This document shows positions 22,398-32,421 of a stretch of DNA of 64,000 nt, in pieces. A program made the translations under genes and the position numbers. Each line of letters starts with the position of its first letter. Within the stretch, counting starts at the first letter, position 1. The DNA comes from Cyanidioschyzon merolae (Eukaryota), in assembly GCA_000091205.1 (NCBI GenBank), contig AP006501.2; one strand, written 5' to 3'. The notes below the pieces were generated by a model. It had not been told where the DNA came from, did not search any database, and worked only from the letters and a program-made list of their open reading frames with translations.

Positions 22398-23213
22398 TCA
22401 AGGCAAAGCAAGCATGTTCCGGTGTTCATAGTAGGCATAGAGTCGCTCAACGAGGGGGTCGAGGCTGAGCTTCACGCGGCGCATATACTCGTCTTTGCGG
22501 GACGCTTCCACTCCAATGGATGTAAGAAACTGTTCGATGGGAGGCAGGAAGAAAACCGCTGCACGAACCGCCGCAATAACGACGCTCCCGTGGTGTTCAC
22601 GCAGCGCCTCCTGGTACGCGGTCCAGACGCACTCGCGTGTCGCCGCGCGTTTCGAGTAGGACGCTGCCGGGCAGCGCGCGAGCTCCCGCATGAGTACCTG
22701 AATGAACTTGAGGCACCACATCATTCGCAGAATATTACGGGCTGCACCTTGCTTACCACTGCCGGTTTCCAGACACCCTTCTCGGGTTTCTCGCTCGATA
22801 ACCTTACGAATAGTGGCGTAATTCTCTGGGTCGCTCCGGTATATGCGGTACAGCGTGTCACGCTTTTCAACAACATCCTGGTGCGCGAAAGAGAATGCAG
22901 CACCGAGGTGCTGAAACATGCCCGCAACTGCGGACAAAGCCGCAATAAAGTCCAGCAGGTACGGCAGCGGCCAAGGCTCTTGCGCAGGCGGCTCGTCGTA
23001 GCGGATTCGCTCAAACGCTTCGAGAAACTTTTCGAATGAGAACGGCGTACCAGCGTCAGTGGTAATTCGATCAAGTTCGTTTCCTTTCGCTGACAACTCG
23101 CGAACGTGCATCCAAGATTCACTCTGTTCATCCCGTTGAGTCATAGTGTCGACCTGTCGGGAACGAGTGACCAAACGAGATGCGCCGTACCGCAGGTGTT
23201 CGGCGAGCCGCAT
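22398..23213 (-). CDS. Glycolipid transfer protein (GLTP/HET-C2 family)
   Basis: ATG at 23213 checked. FSFEKFLEAFERI...YLLDFIAALSAVAGMFQHLGAAFSFAHQDVVEKRDTLYRIYRSDPENYATIRKVIERE...ARNILRMMWCLKFIQVLMREL matches the GLTP fold signature regions. Confidence 0.8.
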   Translation of the reverse strand: MRLAEHLRYGASRLVTRSRQVDTMTQRDEQSESWMHVRELSAKGNELDRITTDAGTPFSFEKFLEAFERIRYDEPPAQEPWPLPYLLDFIAALSAVAGMFQHLGAAFSFAHQDVVEKRDTLYRIYRSDPENYATIRKVIERETREGCLETGSGKQGAARNILRMMWCLKFIQVLMRELARCPAASYSKRAATRECVWTAYQEALREHHGSVVIAAVRAAVFFLPPIEQFLTSIGVEASRKDEYMRRVKLSLDPLVERLYAYYEHRNMLALP

Positions 23214-23502
23214 CCGTCTTCCTCAACCGGCGCTATCGACGCTATTGCGGCCGCTTTCGGCAGGCACTAGCACCACGATAGGACGTATGAAACGACCAGA
23301 ATATCCGAGAGGAATTATGGGTAATGCAACTTGGAGGTAGGGGGTTGATGGATACCTCACCGCGCACTGAAAAAAACACACAAAAAAGTAAGAAAAGAAA
23401 AATGCACCAAATCGGAGAACGTTGGCCCAAGTAAAAGTTTTGACAATGAAAAAAATCCGTCTGCCTCACTGGACGTCGTCGAGCGATGGAGAGCGCGGGT
23501 GT

Positions 23503-24312
23503 ACAGCGACAGACGCAAGCACTGGCTCTTCCATTCGATTGCGAATGTCTGGATGGCGATACGGTCCGTGAGGAAACAGGTACCCGAGACAAAGTCCATA
23601 CTGGAGGAAAAGTTCCGCAATTTCGACTCAACTACGCTCCCTTCGCACCCACACGTGACCTATTGACCACCGGAGGCGATCGCTACGATGACTGCAATCC
23701 GGGTCCTTGGCCGTTTTCCATGCAAGCTGAGGAGCGCGGAGCCGCTGGGAGCGTGCTCCCCTGTGAGCGAGGTATCATGCTGCAGTCGACTTTGGTATCG
23801 TGGATGGCTACGACGAGATGCGGATTCGTGTTTCGGAAGACATCGATGATCGGACGCGAGCGGTTCCGTGAGCTGCCGCCTCTGACAGCCTGTGGTCGAC
23901 TTGTCACTGCGCGACGTCGCGATGCGCTCGATGTGCACCCAGCGGCGCGAGTCGCTGCGTCCACGCGGTGCCTTGGCGGGGAACCATCGAACACGTGAAG
24001 CGGGCGTGATTGGAACATGCTCCGCATTCGCACAAGAGCGTCACGGAGGCTTGGACGTATGCACGGGATACGGATATCGGTTGCTTTATGAACCGTACGC
24101 GGGAGGCGTCACGAGTCGCGTTGATTACGGTGACGTGCCGATGCCAGCGGGAGAACGTCGAACACGTCACTCTGGACACTCGATCGAGATTCCCTGAACC
24201 TCGTATGAAACCGTTGGCTCTGACAACTGCCATCGGCATGTCGAGGCTATGTGTTTCTGAAAACCCAAGTCCGGAACAACATCCGAATACGTGAACCGTA
24301 CGATCATCAGTA
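23503..24312 (+). repeat. Dispersed 810-bp element, copy A (near-identical to 34240..35049); no recognisable coding capacity
   Basis: Base-by-base comparison with copy B shows 5 mismatches in 810 bp, all in the 3' third. Flanks are unrelated. No long protein-like ORF, no terminal inverted repeats, no TG..CA ends, no obvious target-site duplication. Confidence 0.8.
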
Positions 24313-25206
24313 TAGTGTTTGAGTCTGAACGCACACAAGTGTGGATCCTCTGCGTACCGACTCGTGTTCATAGACGCACAGACAATCCGCTGAATTCATG
24401 GGTGTTGCTCCGTAACCAAAGGCCGCAATCTCTGCGTTTGGTATCTACCTGCCAGGAAGACTCTTTTACTCTTTAGATGCTTCTTGTGATCGTGGATGCA
24501 TTTCGAATAGGTTCGGTGCCGCGCCACTGCCGCATCCCAAGGTCACCCGGCATCGTGGTGCTCTCAGCGCTTCAGTTCGAAGGTATCTCGGGTGCGCTGA
24601 GGCGCGTCCAATAACCACATGTCGACTGTGGACGCTGCATATCAGTTCAGCTCGTCTGTTGTGTGTTCCTGTCGCGAGAAAACCGAACGTTGACGCAGCG
24701 TTGTCGCTTGCTCACCATTCACGGAAGCACGCTGTGCAAAGTTTCCAGTCAGTCGGCCGGCTTCACGCACCAGACATAAACACGGGCGAACCGAGTTCGA
24801 GTTCCGCGACGACCGCAACACAGCACCTGTCGCTGCAGAGACACCAGGCGGACTGAGTCGTGACCCGCTCGCCCGCCGGAGGCACGCGTGCTGCTCTCGA
24901 GGCCGGTACAGCGTTGTTCGTTAACGCTCGGGTGCTCGTTGAGTGGGTTACGGGGATCGGGCACGAGAACAGAGCTTCCTCGTCTGCACAAGCTTTGAAG
25001 CTCGTAGCGTCAACAACCGTACAGCGGGCTTTGCAGCCCCGGGAGTTGTCTACAGTTGCGTCTGGATGACGTTCGCGTTAACCTGGCACCGGTTATCGTT
25101 CAGTGCACGAGCGAGGCAGGTTCTCGCCGAACGTCGCATAGCGAAGCGGTGGCACCTGCCTCGCGATATGCACCAACGCTGCCAGCTTCGTCAAGCACCG
25201 TAAACT

Positions 25207-27954
25207 TTATGCAAACTTGGGAAACGACTCGCGCAAAGTCACCGTTCTGTTGAAAACGAGGTGAGGTGGCGAGGCCTCAAGCTGGGAGTCCGGGTCCACG
25301 CAATAGAACCCGACTCTCTCGAACTGAAAAATAGCGCCTGGTTGCCAATCATCCGCGGATTCGCACCGAGCTTGTTGCAGAATGCGCTCGCTCTTGGGAT
25401 TGAAGAAGGTCAGCCACCCGTCGCGCTCTGATAGGTTCTGCTCGGCAGCGGCTTGAAGCGGATCTTCCACGCAGAACAGGGGCTCGTACAAGCGGCATTC
25501 ACAGGGCATGCTTTTCTCGGATACCCAGTGCAACACACCTTTTGGACGAGGTTGCGGTAATTGGGTGAGAATCTCGGCATGCAGCAACTGAACTTGGTCA
25601 TCACTTGTGGCGGGCGCATGCTGGGCAGTCAAGGCGGCAAGAACGCGAATCGCGAACCCAGTGTGACGCAGCAGGGCTGCTTTCCCTGGTGCAAGCCCGT
25701 AATAGTCCTTCGCATCTTGTAAACGAAAATCAGTTCGCTCCAAGTAGATCATCGGGGTAAATTCGAGCGTACGCGTGCCCAACTCGGGTCGTTTGGGATG
25801 GTTCGGCACCTGCACGGTAACTGCTTCCGCTGCCGACAGCGCCTGGGCAAAGTTCTTCAGCAGCACGGGCAACGGTTCGAGCACCACCATGCGACGCGGA
25901 GCATGCTGATCCATATACTGACGCACACAAGCCTCTAGCTTGCGCAGATGCACGTTGTTCTCCGCCCGTGAAAACCCTACACTAGCCACAAAGTGGTTAA
26001 TGGCGACTGGCGTGTAGCCCCGGCGCCTCATGCCAATCAGGGTCGGCATGCGTGGATCATCCCAACCGCGCACTAAGCCGCGCTCAATGATCTGGGTTAG
26101 TTTGCGCTTGCTCAAAACCGTGTGTGAAAGATTCAAACGACTGAATTCAAAAACGAACGGCCGATACATGTCGAGAGCCTCTAGCAACCAGTAGTACGAG
26201 TCCCGTCGTATCTCGAATTCCAGCGTGCACATCGAGTGCGTAATCCACTCCAGCGAGTCGACCAGGCAGTGCGTAAAGTCGTACGACGGATAGATGCACC
26301 ATCGATCTCCGACGTGCGGATGCGCTGCGTACTTGATGCGGTATGCGACGGGGTCTCTCATGACAGGATTCGGATGCTGCATGTCGATCTTCATACGAAG
26401 AACGGCGGCACCCTCATCGTATAGTCCAAGACGCATCCGCTCGAAGCAGTCAAGGTTCTCCTCGACGGAGCGATTTCGCCACGGAGACGGACGCTTCTCT
26501 TCGCGATCGCGCGCCATCTCCTCAGGCCGCTGATGGCACACATAAGCCTTGCCACGTCGAATGAGTTCCACAGCGAGTTCATGCAGACGGTCGAAGTAGT
26601 CGGAAGAGTACGTGATCTGGTAGGGTTGATAACCCATCCACTGCACTGTCTCGATGATTGAATCGATAAAGGCCTGCTCTTCTGTGTCGGGGTTGGTGTC
26701 GTCAAAGCGCAGGATGCACCGGCCTCCGTTTCGCATTGCGTAACCAAAGTCGAGCAACATCGCCTTGGTATGACCGCAATGAAGATGTGCGTTCGGCTCA
26801 GGCGGGAAGCGCGTGACAACAGAGCATCCATCCGTATTTGCACGTTGCAGAGCGAGCAGCTCCGGTGTATTCCGCATGGAGTCTAACGATCGTGCGTCGA
26901 AATAGGCTGGTAGCGCTGCAAATGGATTTTCAGCGAGCTGCGCGTCCGTTTCGTTATCGATAGCCGATCCCGAGCCGATACCAGCGTGCCCGTCTTTCGT
27001 CTTTGGTGCGGAACTCGCAGACGTCGCGGTGTTGAGCATGCGTCGGTTGGTTTTGCAGCGATCATCTGATGGACGATCTGCCGCCTCTTTGCTGGTGGTC
27101 GTTGAGGCGCGCGATCCCGCTCCGGCCTCTGACGAGCGTGGGCCCAGCAACGCAAAGAGTTTTGCATCGACCGCTTCCTTGATGCGGCGGCCTTCAACAA
27201 AACGAACACGCCGCTGAACACCAGCGATAATGGGACCAAGTGGATACTTGTAGCCCCGCACCAACAGGTCGTCCATGATTGTCCGAATTTCTTCGTCGAC
27301 TGCAGCCGACAGCGTACTGTCGTCAACAACAACGCCCGCACCCACTGCAGCATTGAAGTCGTCGCGGTCAACTTTGCCCTCGGCAGCTGTGCCCGGAGCC
27401 GACTCGAGCAGCGCCTCGAGGTAAGCGAACGCCGCTTCGAGCTTGGCCGTGTTGTCGATGCGCCCGTCGCCAATTGCTTCAAAGATGAGCTCGCGAAAGC
27501 AGCGCAGTTTTGTCGGGAGCTTGCTCACAGCCACATAAAGCAGCGAGGCTTTCTGCGGCGTGAGTGCCTGCTCCTCAGGCAATCGATCCGCAGTCGACTC
27601 CAGCGCTGAACGTTTGGCCACTTGCACGGCCTCAGTTAGTGCCGCCTGGACTTTAGCCGACCGTGCGACCGCTCGAAGGTTTCGATCCTCAAGACCTAGA
27701 GCTCGCAACTGATCTAAGAGACCATCGTCACCGGAGGCAGCTGCAGCGACGGCGTTCGTCTCCATAACTACCAACGCAGCCGCAACGCAGCCGCGACACA
27801 GCACGACGGGCGCTAACGGGAGAGCCGTGCGTAGACGCCTGCGAAACGCCAGGCGTGGGAAAATAGCCCCAGCAGGGCGCTGCTGTCCAGGCGCTTCGAT
27901 GTCCGGTTTACGGCTGCGTTGCGATCCTGGCGTATGCACTCGGGTGCAGTGCAT
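25207..27954 (-). CDS. Glutaminyl-tRNA synthetase (class I; GlnRS), with possible alternative start at 27765
   Basis: ATG at 27954 checked. A second in-frame ATG at 27765 (checked) begins METNAV...LLDQLRALGLEDRNLRAV, which matches the GlnRS N-terminal domain. HIGH-type motif PEPNAHLHCGH. RFDDTNP and THSMCTLEF are GlnRS-type rather than GluRS-type. KMSKS-type VLSKRKL. Confidence 0.85.
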   Translation of the reverse strand: MHCTRVHTPGSQRSRKPDIEAPGQQRPAGAIFPRLAFRRRLRTALPLAPVVLCRGCVAAALVVMETNAVAAAASGDDGLLDQLRALGLEDRNLRAVARSAKVQAALTEAVQVAKRSALESTADRLPEEQALTPQKASLLYVAVSKLPTKLRCFRELIFEAIGDGRIDNTAKLEAAFAYLEALLESAPGTAAEGKVDRDDFNAAVGAGVVVDDSTLSAAVDEEIRTIMDDLLVRGYKYPLGPIIAGVQRRVRFVEGRRIKEAVDAKLFALLGPRSSEAGAGSRASTTTSKEAADRPSDDRCKTNRRMLNTATSASSAPKTKDGHAGIGSGSAIDNETDAQLAENPFAALPAYFDARSLDSMRNTPELLALQRANTDGCSVVTRFPPEPNAHLHCGHTKAMLLDFGYAMRNGGRCILRFDDTNPDTEEQAFIDSIIETVQWMGYQPYQITYSSDYFDRLHELAVELIRRGKAYVCHQRPEEMARDREEKRPSPWRNRSVEENLDCFERMRLGLYDEGAAVLRMKIDMQHPNPVMRDPVAYRIKYAAHPHVGDRWCIYPSYDFTHCLVDSLEWITHSMCTLEFEIRRDSYYWLLEALDMYRPFVFEFSRLNLSHTVLSKRKLTQIIERGLVRGWDDPRMPTLIGMRRRGYTPVAINHFVASVGFSRAENNVHLRKLEACVRQYMDQHAPRRMVVLEPLPVLLKNFAQALSAAEAVTVQVPNHPKRPELGTRTLEFTPMIYLERTDFRLQDAKDYYGLAPGKAALLRHTGFAIRVLAALTAQHAPATSDDQVQLLHAEILTQLPQPRPKGVLHWVSEKSMPCECRLYEPLFCVEDPLQAAAEQNLSERDGWLTFFNPKSERILQQARCESADDWQPGAIFQFERVGFYCVDPDSQLEASPPHLVFNRTVTLRESFPKFA

Positions 27955-27993
27955 CGATTCCGTCTAGGCATGCTCATTTTTCGATGTCCACGA

Positions 27994-28490
27994 CAATTGG
28001 AGGCTTGTTTCGCATCTATACGAGCTGTGGTATCTGTATCCCGGATCTATATACAAAATAGAGGATTCGATGTGTAAGACGATTAGAGGCTTGTTTCGCA
28101 TCTATACGAGCTGTGGTATCTGTATCTCGGATCTATATACAAAATAGAGGATTCGATGTGTAAGACGATTAGAGGCTTGTTTCGCATCTATACGAGCTGT
28201 GGTATCTGTATCTCGGATCTATATACAAAATAGAGGATTCGATGTGTAAGACGATTGGAGGCTTGTTTCGCATCTATACGAGCTGTGGTATCTGTATCTC
28301 GGATGTATACCCAAAATAGAGGATTCGATGTGTAAGACGATTAGAGGCTTGTTTCGCATCTATACGAGCTGTGGTATCTGTATCTCGGATGTATACCCAA
28401 AATAGAGGATTCGATGTGTAAGACGATTAGAGGCTTGTTTTGCATTTGTACGTGCTGTGGTATCTCTACATCAGATACAGGTACAGTCTG
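27994..28490. repeat. Tandem minisatellite, 86-bp unit x ~5.7, in the divergent intergenic region between GlnRS (-) and DHHC (+)
   Basis: Unit gattagaggcttgtttcgcatctatacgagctgtggtatctgtatctcggatctatatacaaaatagaggattcgatgtgtaagac recurs at 28081, 28167, 28253, 28339 and 28425. A partial copy lies at ~27994 and a degenerate copy at ~28430-28490. Confidence 0.85.
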
Positions 28491-29085
28491 GAGAATCCGA
28501 TACCCGCCGGTGGTCTGTTTTCAAAAGCCCTCTGCCGGTCGACAGCACGCGACATCAGGCTGCCAAACTCGGTTGCCACGCTGGACTTGTCGCCGGCATT
28601 CCAGACCGCATCGCTCTCGTTAACGATCTCAATCTTTCAAACAGTCGATTCAACGAAATTCACCAGATTCCCCCAAACGAGCGACTGCTGTCACGAATCC
28701 GCTGGAAAACGCGCAGTTTCCGCGCACTGCGTGTTTGGCAGGCATCTAAACTAGAACTAATTATATTATTAGGGACTAAATTACCATGTGGAAGCATTGG
28801 CGCTTCGCTGGACGTGGCGCGACGGCTGCCCGCCAGCCTCCCGCAGCACCCGCAACGTTGACGCTTCAGACGAAACGGTGTATGCTGGTATGCAGCTCGG
28901 CTGCAGTCGTTCCCGCTACTTCACGTTCGGGTTGCCTTCAGGGTCTCGAGACCTATACCACTAGTTGATTGCGGATAGTGGTGGCTTGACGTGTGTTTGT
29001 GTGTAAGCCGTACGGTGAGCGCGCTCTCGCGAGGGCGCGCGCCCTCATCGGACGTACAGTGCACGTCTGACACGGTGCGCTCGTG

Positions 29086-30222
29086 ATGGCGTGTCGAAAC
29101 CTGTGGCGCCTACCGCTCTCGCGCCGCTGGACGGGGCCTTCTTTCGCTCGTAGACGTGCGTTGAGTTTCGAGTACATTGCAGATGAAGCTCCCGGTTGTT
29201 TTGAGTGGTTTCTTGACTGGACGTCGCAGTTGAGTACGCTCTGCGCTCGGTACACAGGTCCTGTGTTCGTCTGTCTTGGCCTAGCGCTGATAAGTTTAAT
29301 CGTCTTCTCCTATTTTCGTCACATGTTACCAGCTCTCTATGAACTTGCGACGCGAAGCCCCTACTCAGGTTGGGCGCAGACGGCACTCCTCGTTCATCTC
29401 GTCATAGCACTCTACCTCCTCTACTGCGTCGTGTATGCGTACGCGAAAACGGTGACCACGGACCCCGGATCGCCGCCGCTCGCCGAAACTGTTCAGATGG
29501 CAGCACTTGATCCCCACATCGACGTCGCCGTCGTCGACGCAAAGCAGGGACGCTGCGCGGCTCGTGCTGCCACACCAAACTGCACCTGGACTGTCTGCGG
29601 ACGATGTCGTCGGTGGCGACCACCGCGCACACACCACTGCTCCGTTTGCCGCCGCTGCATCCTGCACATGGATCATCACTGCATCTGGATGAACGCGTGT
29701 GTAGGTTACCGCAACTACAGGTTCTTTCTCTCGACACTCTACTTTCTGGTCGTCGGGGCCGCCGATACGGTCGCTACGGTTCTCTTTCTCTGGTGGCGGG
29801 CATCGCATCGGAGAGAACTGCGCACGAACATCTGGCTCCTCTATTCCTTCGCACTGGCGCTTTGCCTCGGGGTCGCATTGTTGCTGCTGCTGGTGTTTCA
29901 CATTCGGATTCTTTCGCTGGGCCTCTCGACGATCGATTATCTCGCTGGCGGTGCGCGTGGCGCTGAGTCCGTAGCTGCACCGGTCGACTCGGGCGAGCGC
30001 ATGCAGCCGGGCTCGCAACTGGACCCCACGATCGGCAGGCATGGGCGTGCACCCCGACAAAGTCGCTTTTTCGAGCGGCTGCGGTTGAATGCTCGCAAGG
30101 TATTCGGCATCGAAAGACCATTGTGGTCTGTTTTTTTGTTTCCTCCCGTGCGTGGGGGCTCGAAAGAATCCCTTGCAGGCGAGCGACACCAGCCGGCTTT
30201 GCTTTCAGGCCTTGTGGTCTGA
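29086..30222 (+). CDS. DHHC-type zinc-finger protein S-palmitoyltransferase
   Basis: Track start 29083 is GTG; ATG at 29086. CGRCRRWRPPRTHHCSVCRRCILHMDHHCIWMNACVGYRNYRFF is a canonical DHHC-CRD. It is flanked by four predicted TM helices. Confidence 0.8.
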   Translation: MACRNLWRLPLSRRWTGPSFARRRALSFEYIADEAPGCFEWFLDWTSQLSTLCARYTGPVFVCLGLALISLIVFSYFRHMLPALYELATRSPYSGWAQTALLVHLVIALYLLYCVVYAYAKTVTTDPGSPPLAETVQMAALDPHIDVAVVDAKQGRCAARAATPNCTWTVCGRCRRWRPPRTHHCSVCRRCILHMDHHCIWMNACVGYRNYRFFLSTLYFLVVGAADTVATVLFLWWRASHRRELRTNIWLLYSFALALCLGVALLLLLVFHIRILSLGLSTIDYLAGGARGAESVAAPVDSGERMQPGSQLDPTIGRHGRAPRQSRFFERLRLNARKVFGIERPLWSVFLFPPVRGGSKESLAGERHQPALLSGLVV

Positions 30223-30690
30223 GCGAATAGTCGCAGCCGTGGCTGGCGTTCGGTGCATGCGTTGTTTCTCGAGGTTTGCTTGCAATCACCTGCTCTGCAC
30301 GCCACTCAGTTTCCCGCAGGTTCTTCGAAACAAGGACTTGCGATCTTGACCGATGAGCTGTTCGCTCGCTTGCTTCTCAAATGCTCTGAGTATTGTGCGC
30401 TGCTCCGCGCATGTACACTCGTCATAGCACAAGCCAATTTATGTGTACGATATCGAACGCGAATGTTCTCCCTACGAAACGATCCTGCAGAGCGGCTGCG
30501 CAGGTCCACCACCTCGTCCGTTCGGAAGAACGAGTGCATGTCGCGTTTTTGCAACATGGGACCGCTTTGAACGCGGCCGCAGCATTGCCCTGCCGCTCCC
30601 AGCACCGGTGCGATAACGTTCTTCATGCTCCTCTACGCAGAGCACGGATGCAGTCGCGACTAGCTCGTGCGAGCCTTTTCGCCGCCGTAT

Positions 30691-32421
30691 TCATTCCTCT
30701 TCCATGGGTACGTCGACCTGCACCAGCTCGATATCGAAGATCAAGAGTGCATTTTTCGGGAGCATTTGTCCGAACATTTCGGACATATTCTCGCAGCTTT
30801 CCGGGTGCACGTAAACGGTGCGCGCCTCGCCCTCGTGCATGTCGAGAACGATCTTTCTGAGCGCAGGCGGAGCGTCACCCACGCGCATGGTAATTGGATT
30901 CACCATTTCTCCGTTTTCATCGGACGGGCACGTAAAGAAGAAGCGCCCATCCAATAGACGGCCTTGCAACACCATCATGACGTTCACGTCATCGCTTTCG
31001 CATTTCTTGTGTGAGCCCCCTGCGGTCGCAGACGGCTCAGCGTCGTCGACTTCCTCCCAGACAATACGATCCGGTTCCAGGACATTAAACAGTTCTGGCA
31101 TTGTCTTTGCGGTCTCGAAGAAAGCTTCCGCCTCTTGCAAATTGATTTCACCAACGACATCATTCGCGATACCTTGTAGGATGCCCATCTGTCGCTCGTA
31201 TTTTGCGATATTAACCGGAAATTCTTTGCCGGCAAGCGCGTCACGAAAGCCGCGAATCACAAGCTCGTGATCGAGGCCGAATCCCGAGTTCAACAACGCC
31301 TGACCCAATGCAAAGCCATAGCCTATGGATAATTCGTTGAGATTCAGTCCCTGAGCACGTGCGAGCTCGCGCGTGCGCTCATCTCGCAACCGAGCACTCT
31401 CCTTGGCGGGATTTTCGGCCTCTGCGTCGTCAGCGCGTTCATCGTCTCCGGTATCCACCATGAGCCGGGATGAAGTCTGATGCACACCGTCGTGATGCCT
31501 GCGGTCGCTACCTGCCGCTGCATGGAGTGCGGAAGCTGCGCGCGCTGCGCCACTCGTCTGACCTGCTGCCTCGGTGGCGGCACTCAGACCTCCCTGCTGG
31601 GCGAATAGCTCTCTGGCAGCGCGCATAGACTCAGCCCATTTCTGAGGATCCTCCACAACTTCACGAAATTGCGGATCCGCATCCATCCATTGACGCAGAA
31701 AAGGATTGTTAAGGAGCGCTTGGCGCGACTCCTCCTGCTTCTCCGCAGATGAGAGGTACTCCTGCATTGCAGGCGATTCCCATAGTCCGCCCATTAACTG
31801 GGTCATCTGCTGCAACCAGTTCATGGTATCCGCCTGATCGCCACCTGCGGCGCCGCTGTTACCAGCGAGGAGCGACTGCAGGAGCGCGTTCGGATCAGCC
31901 ATGGCTGGGTTGGCGCCGCTGCTCCGCGAGCCTCGACCGCTGCTACCTGTGCCCAGGTTGCGCAGTTGCCGCGCAAGTGACTCGACGTCAGCAAGGCCAG
32001 CCCGTGAGCCTGAGCCTGCTCCTGCTCCTCCGGTTCCGGCTGAGGCCGCGGACGCCGTCCCAGACGTGGCTGTACGCGAGTTCCTCGAATCGCTTGAGGC
32101 GCCCGCAGCTGTGCTCTTCGTCGCCCGACTCGACGACGACGACGACGACACTGTGGCACTGTCAGCCGTGATACCGGGTCTCACGTTCCGCACTACGCTC
32201 ATAGTAACCTCAGTGAGCGCTTCATCAATGCCGTACGCTGATAGCGTTTGCTGCGGATTATCGAGTACCTGCCCACGGTACATCAGCATCTGATTCGTGA
32301 CCGGGATCCCGGCGCTCTTCTCCACCTCATTCTGGATCTCGTAGACAGAAGTGTGTACTCCCTTCTTAGGTACGACACTTATCTTCTTGCCGTTAAAGCA
32401 ACGAACTTGGAGCGTAAGCAT
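30691..32421 (-). CDS. Ubiquitin-like domain + STI1-like region + C-terminal FKBP-type peptidyl-prolyl isomerase domain (unusual fusion)
   Basis: ATG at 32421 checked. N-terminal UBL: MLTLQVRCFNGKKISVVPKKG...LMYRGQVLDNPQQTLSAYGIDEALTEV (ubiquitin-like). Middle: NPFLRQWMDADPQFREVVEDPQ is STI1/ubiquilin-like, with poly-Ser/Ala/Gly linkers. C-terminus: DDVNVMMVLQGRLLDGRFF...ITMRVGD...VLDMHEGEARTVYVHPE...LPKNALLIFDIELVQV is FKBP-like. Single uninterrupted 576-codon ORF. Confidence 0.7.
   Translation of the reverse strand: MLTLQVRCFNGKKISVVPKKGVHTSVYEIQNEVEKSAGIPVTNQMLMYRGQVLDNPQQTLSAYGIDEALTEVTMSVVRNVRPGITADSATVSSSSSSSRATKSTAAGASSDSRNSRTATSGTASAASAGTGGAGAGSGSRAGLADVESLARQLRNLGTGSSGRGSRSSGANPAMADPNALLQSLLAGNSGAAGGDQADTMNWLQQMTQLMGGLWESPAMQEYLSSAEKQEESRQALLNNPFLRQWMDADPQFREVVEDPQKWAESMRAARELFAQQGGLSAATEAAGQTSGAARAASALHAAAGSDRRHHDGVHQTSSRLMVDTGDDERADDAEAENPAKESARLRDERTRELARAQGLNLNELSIGYGFALGQALLNSGFGLDHELVIRGFRDALAGKEFPVNIAKYERQMGILQGIANDVVGEINLQEAEAFFETAKTMPELFNVLEPDRIVWEEVDDAEPSATAGGSHKKCESDDVNVMMVLQGRLLDGRFFFTCPSDENGEMVNPITMRVGDAPPALRKIVLDMHEGEARTVYVHPESCENMSEMFGQMLPKNALLIFDIELVQVDVPMEEE

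Noticed and set aside
27994-28490. CRISPR-like interpretation of the tandem arrays (also 52190..53197 and 55690..56205)
   Set aside because: The units (86, 144 and 128 bp) are directly abutting with no unique spacers, and the context is eukaryotic nuclear DNA with no cas genes. These are minisatellites, not CRISPR arrays.
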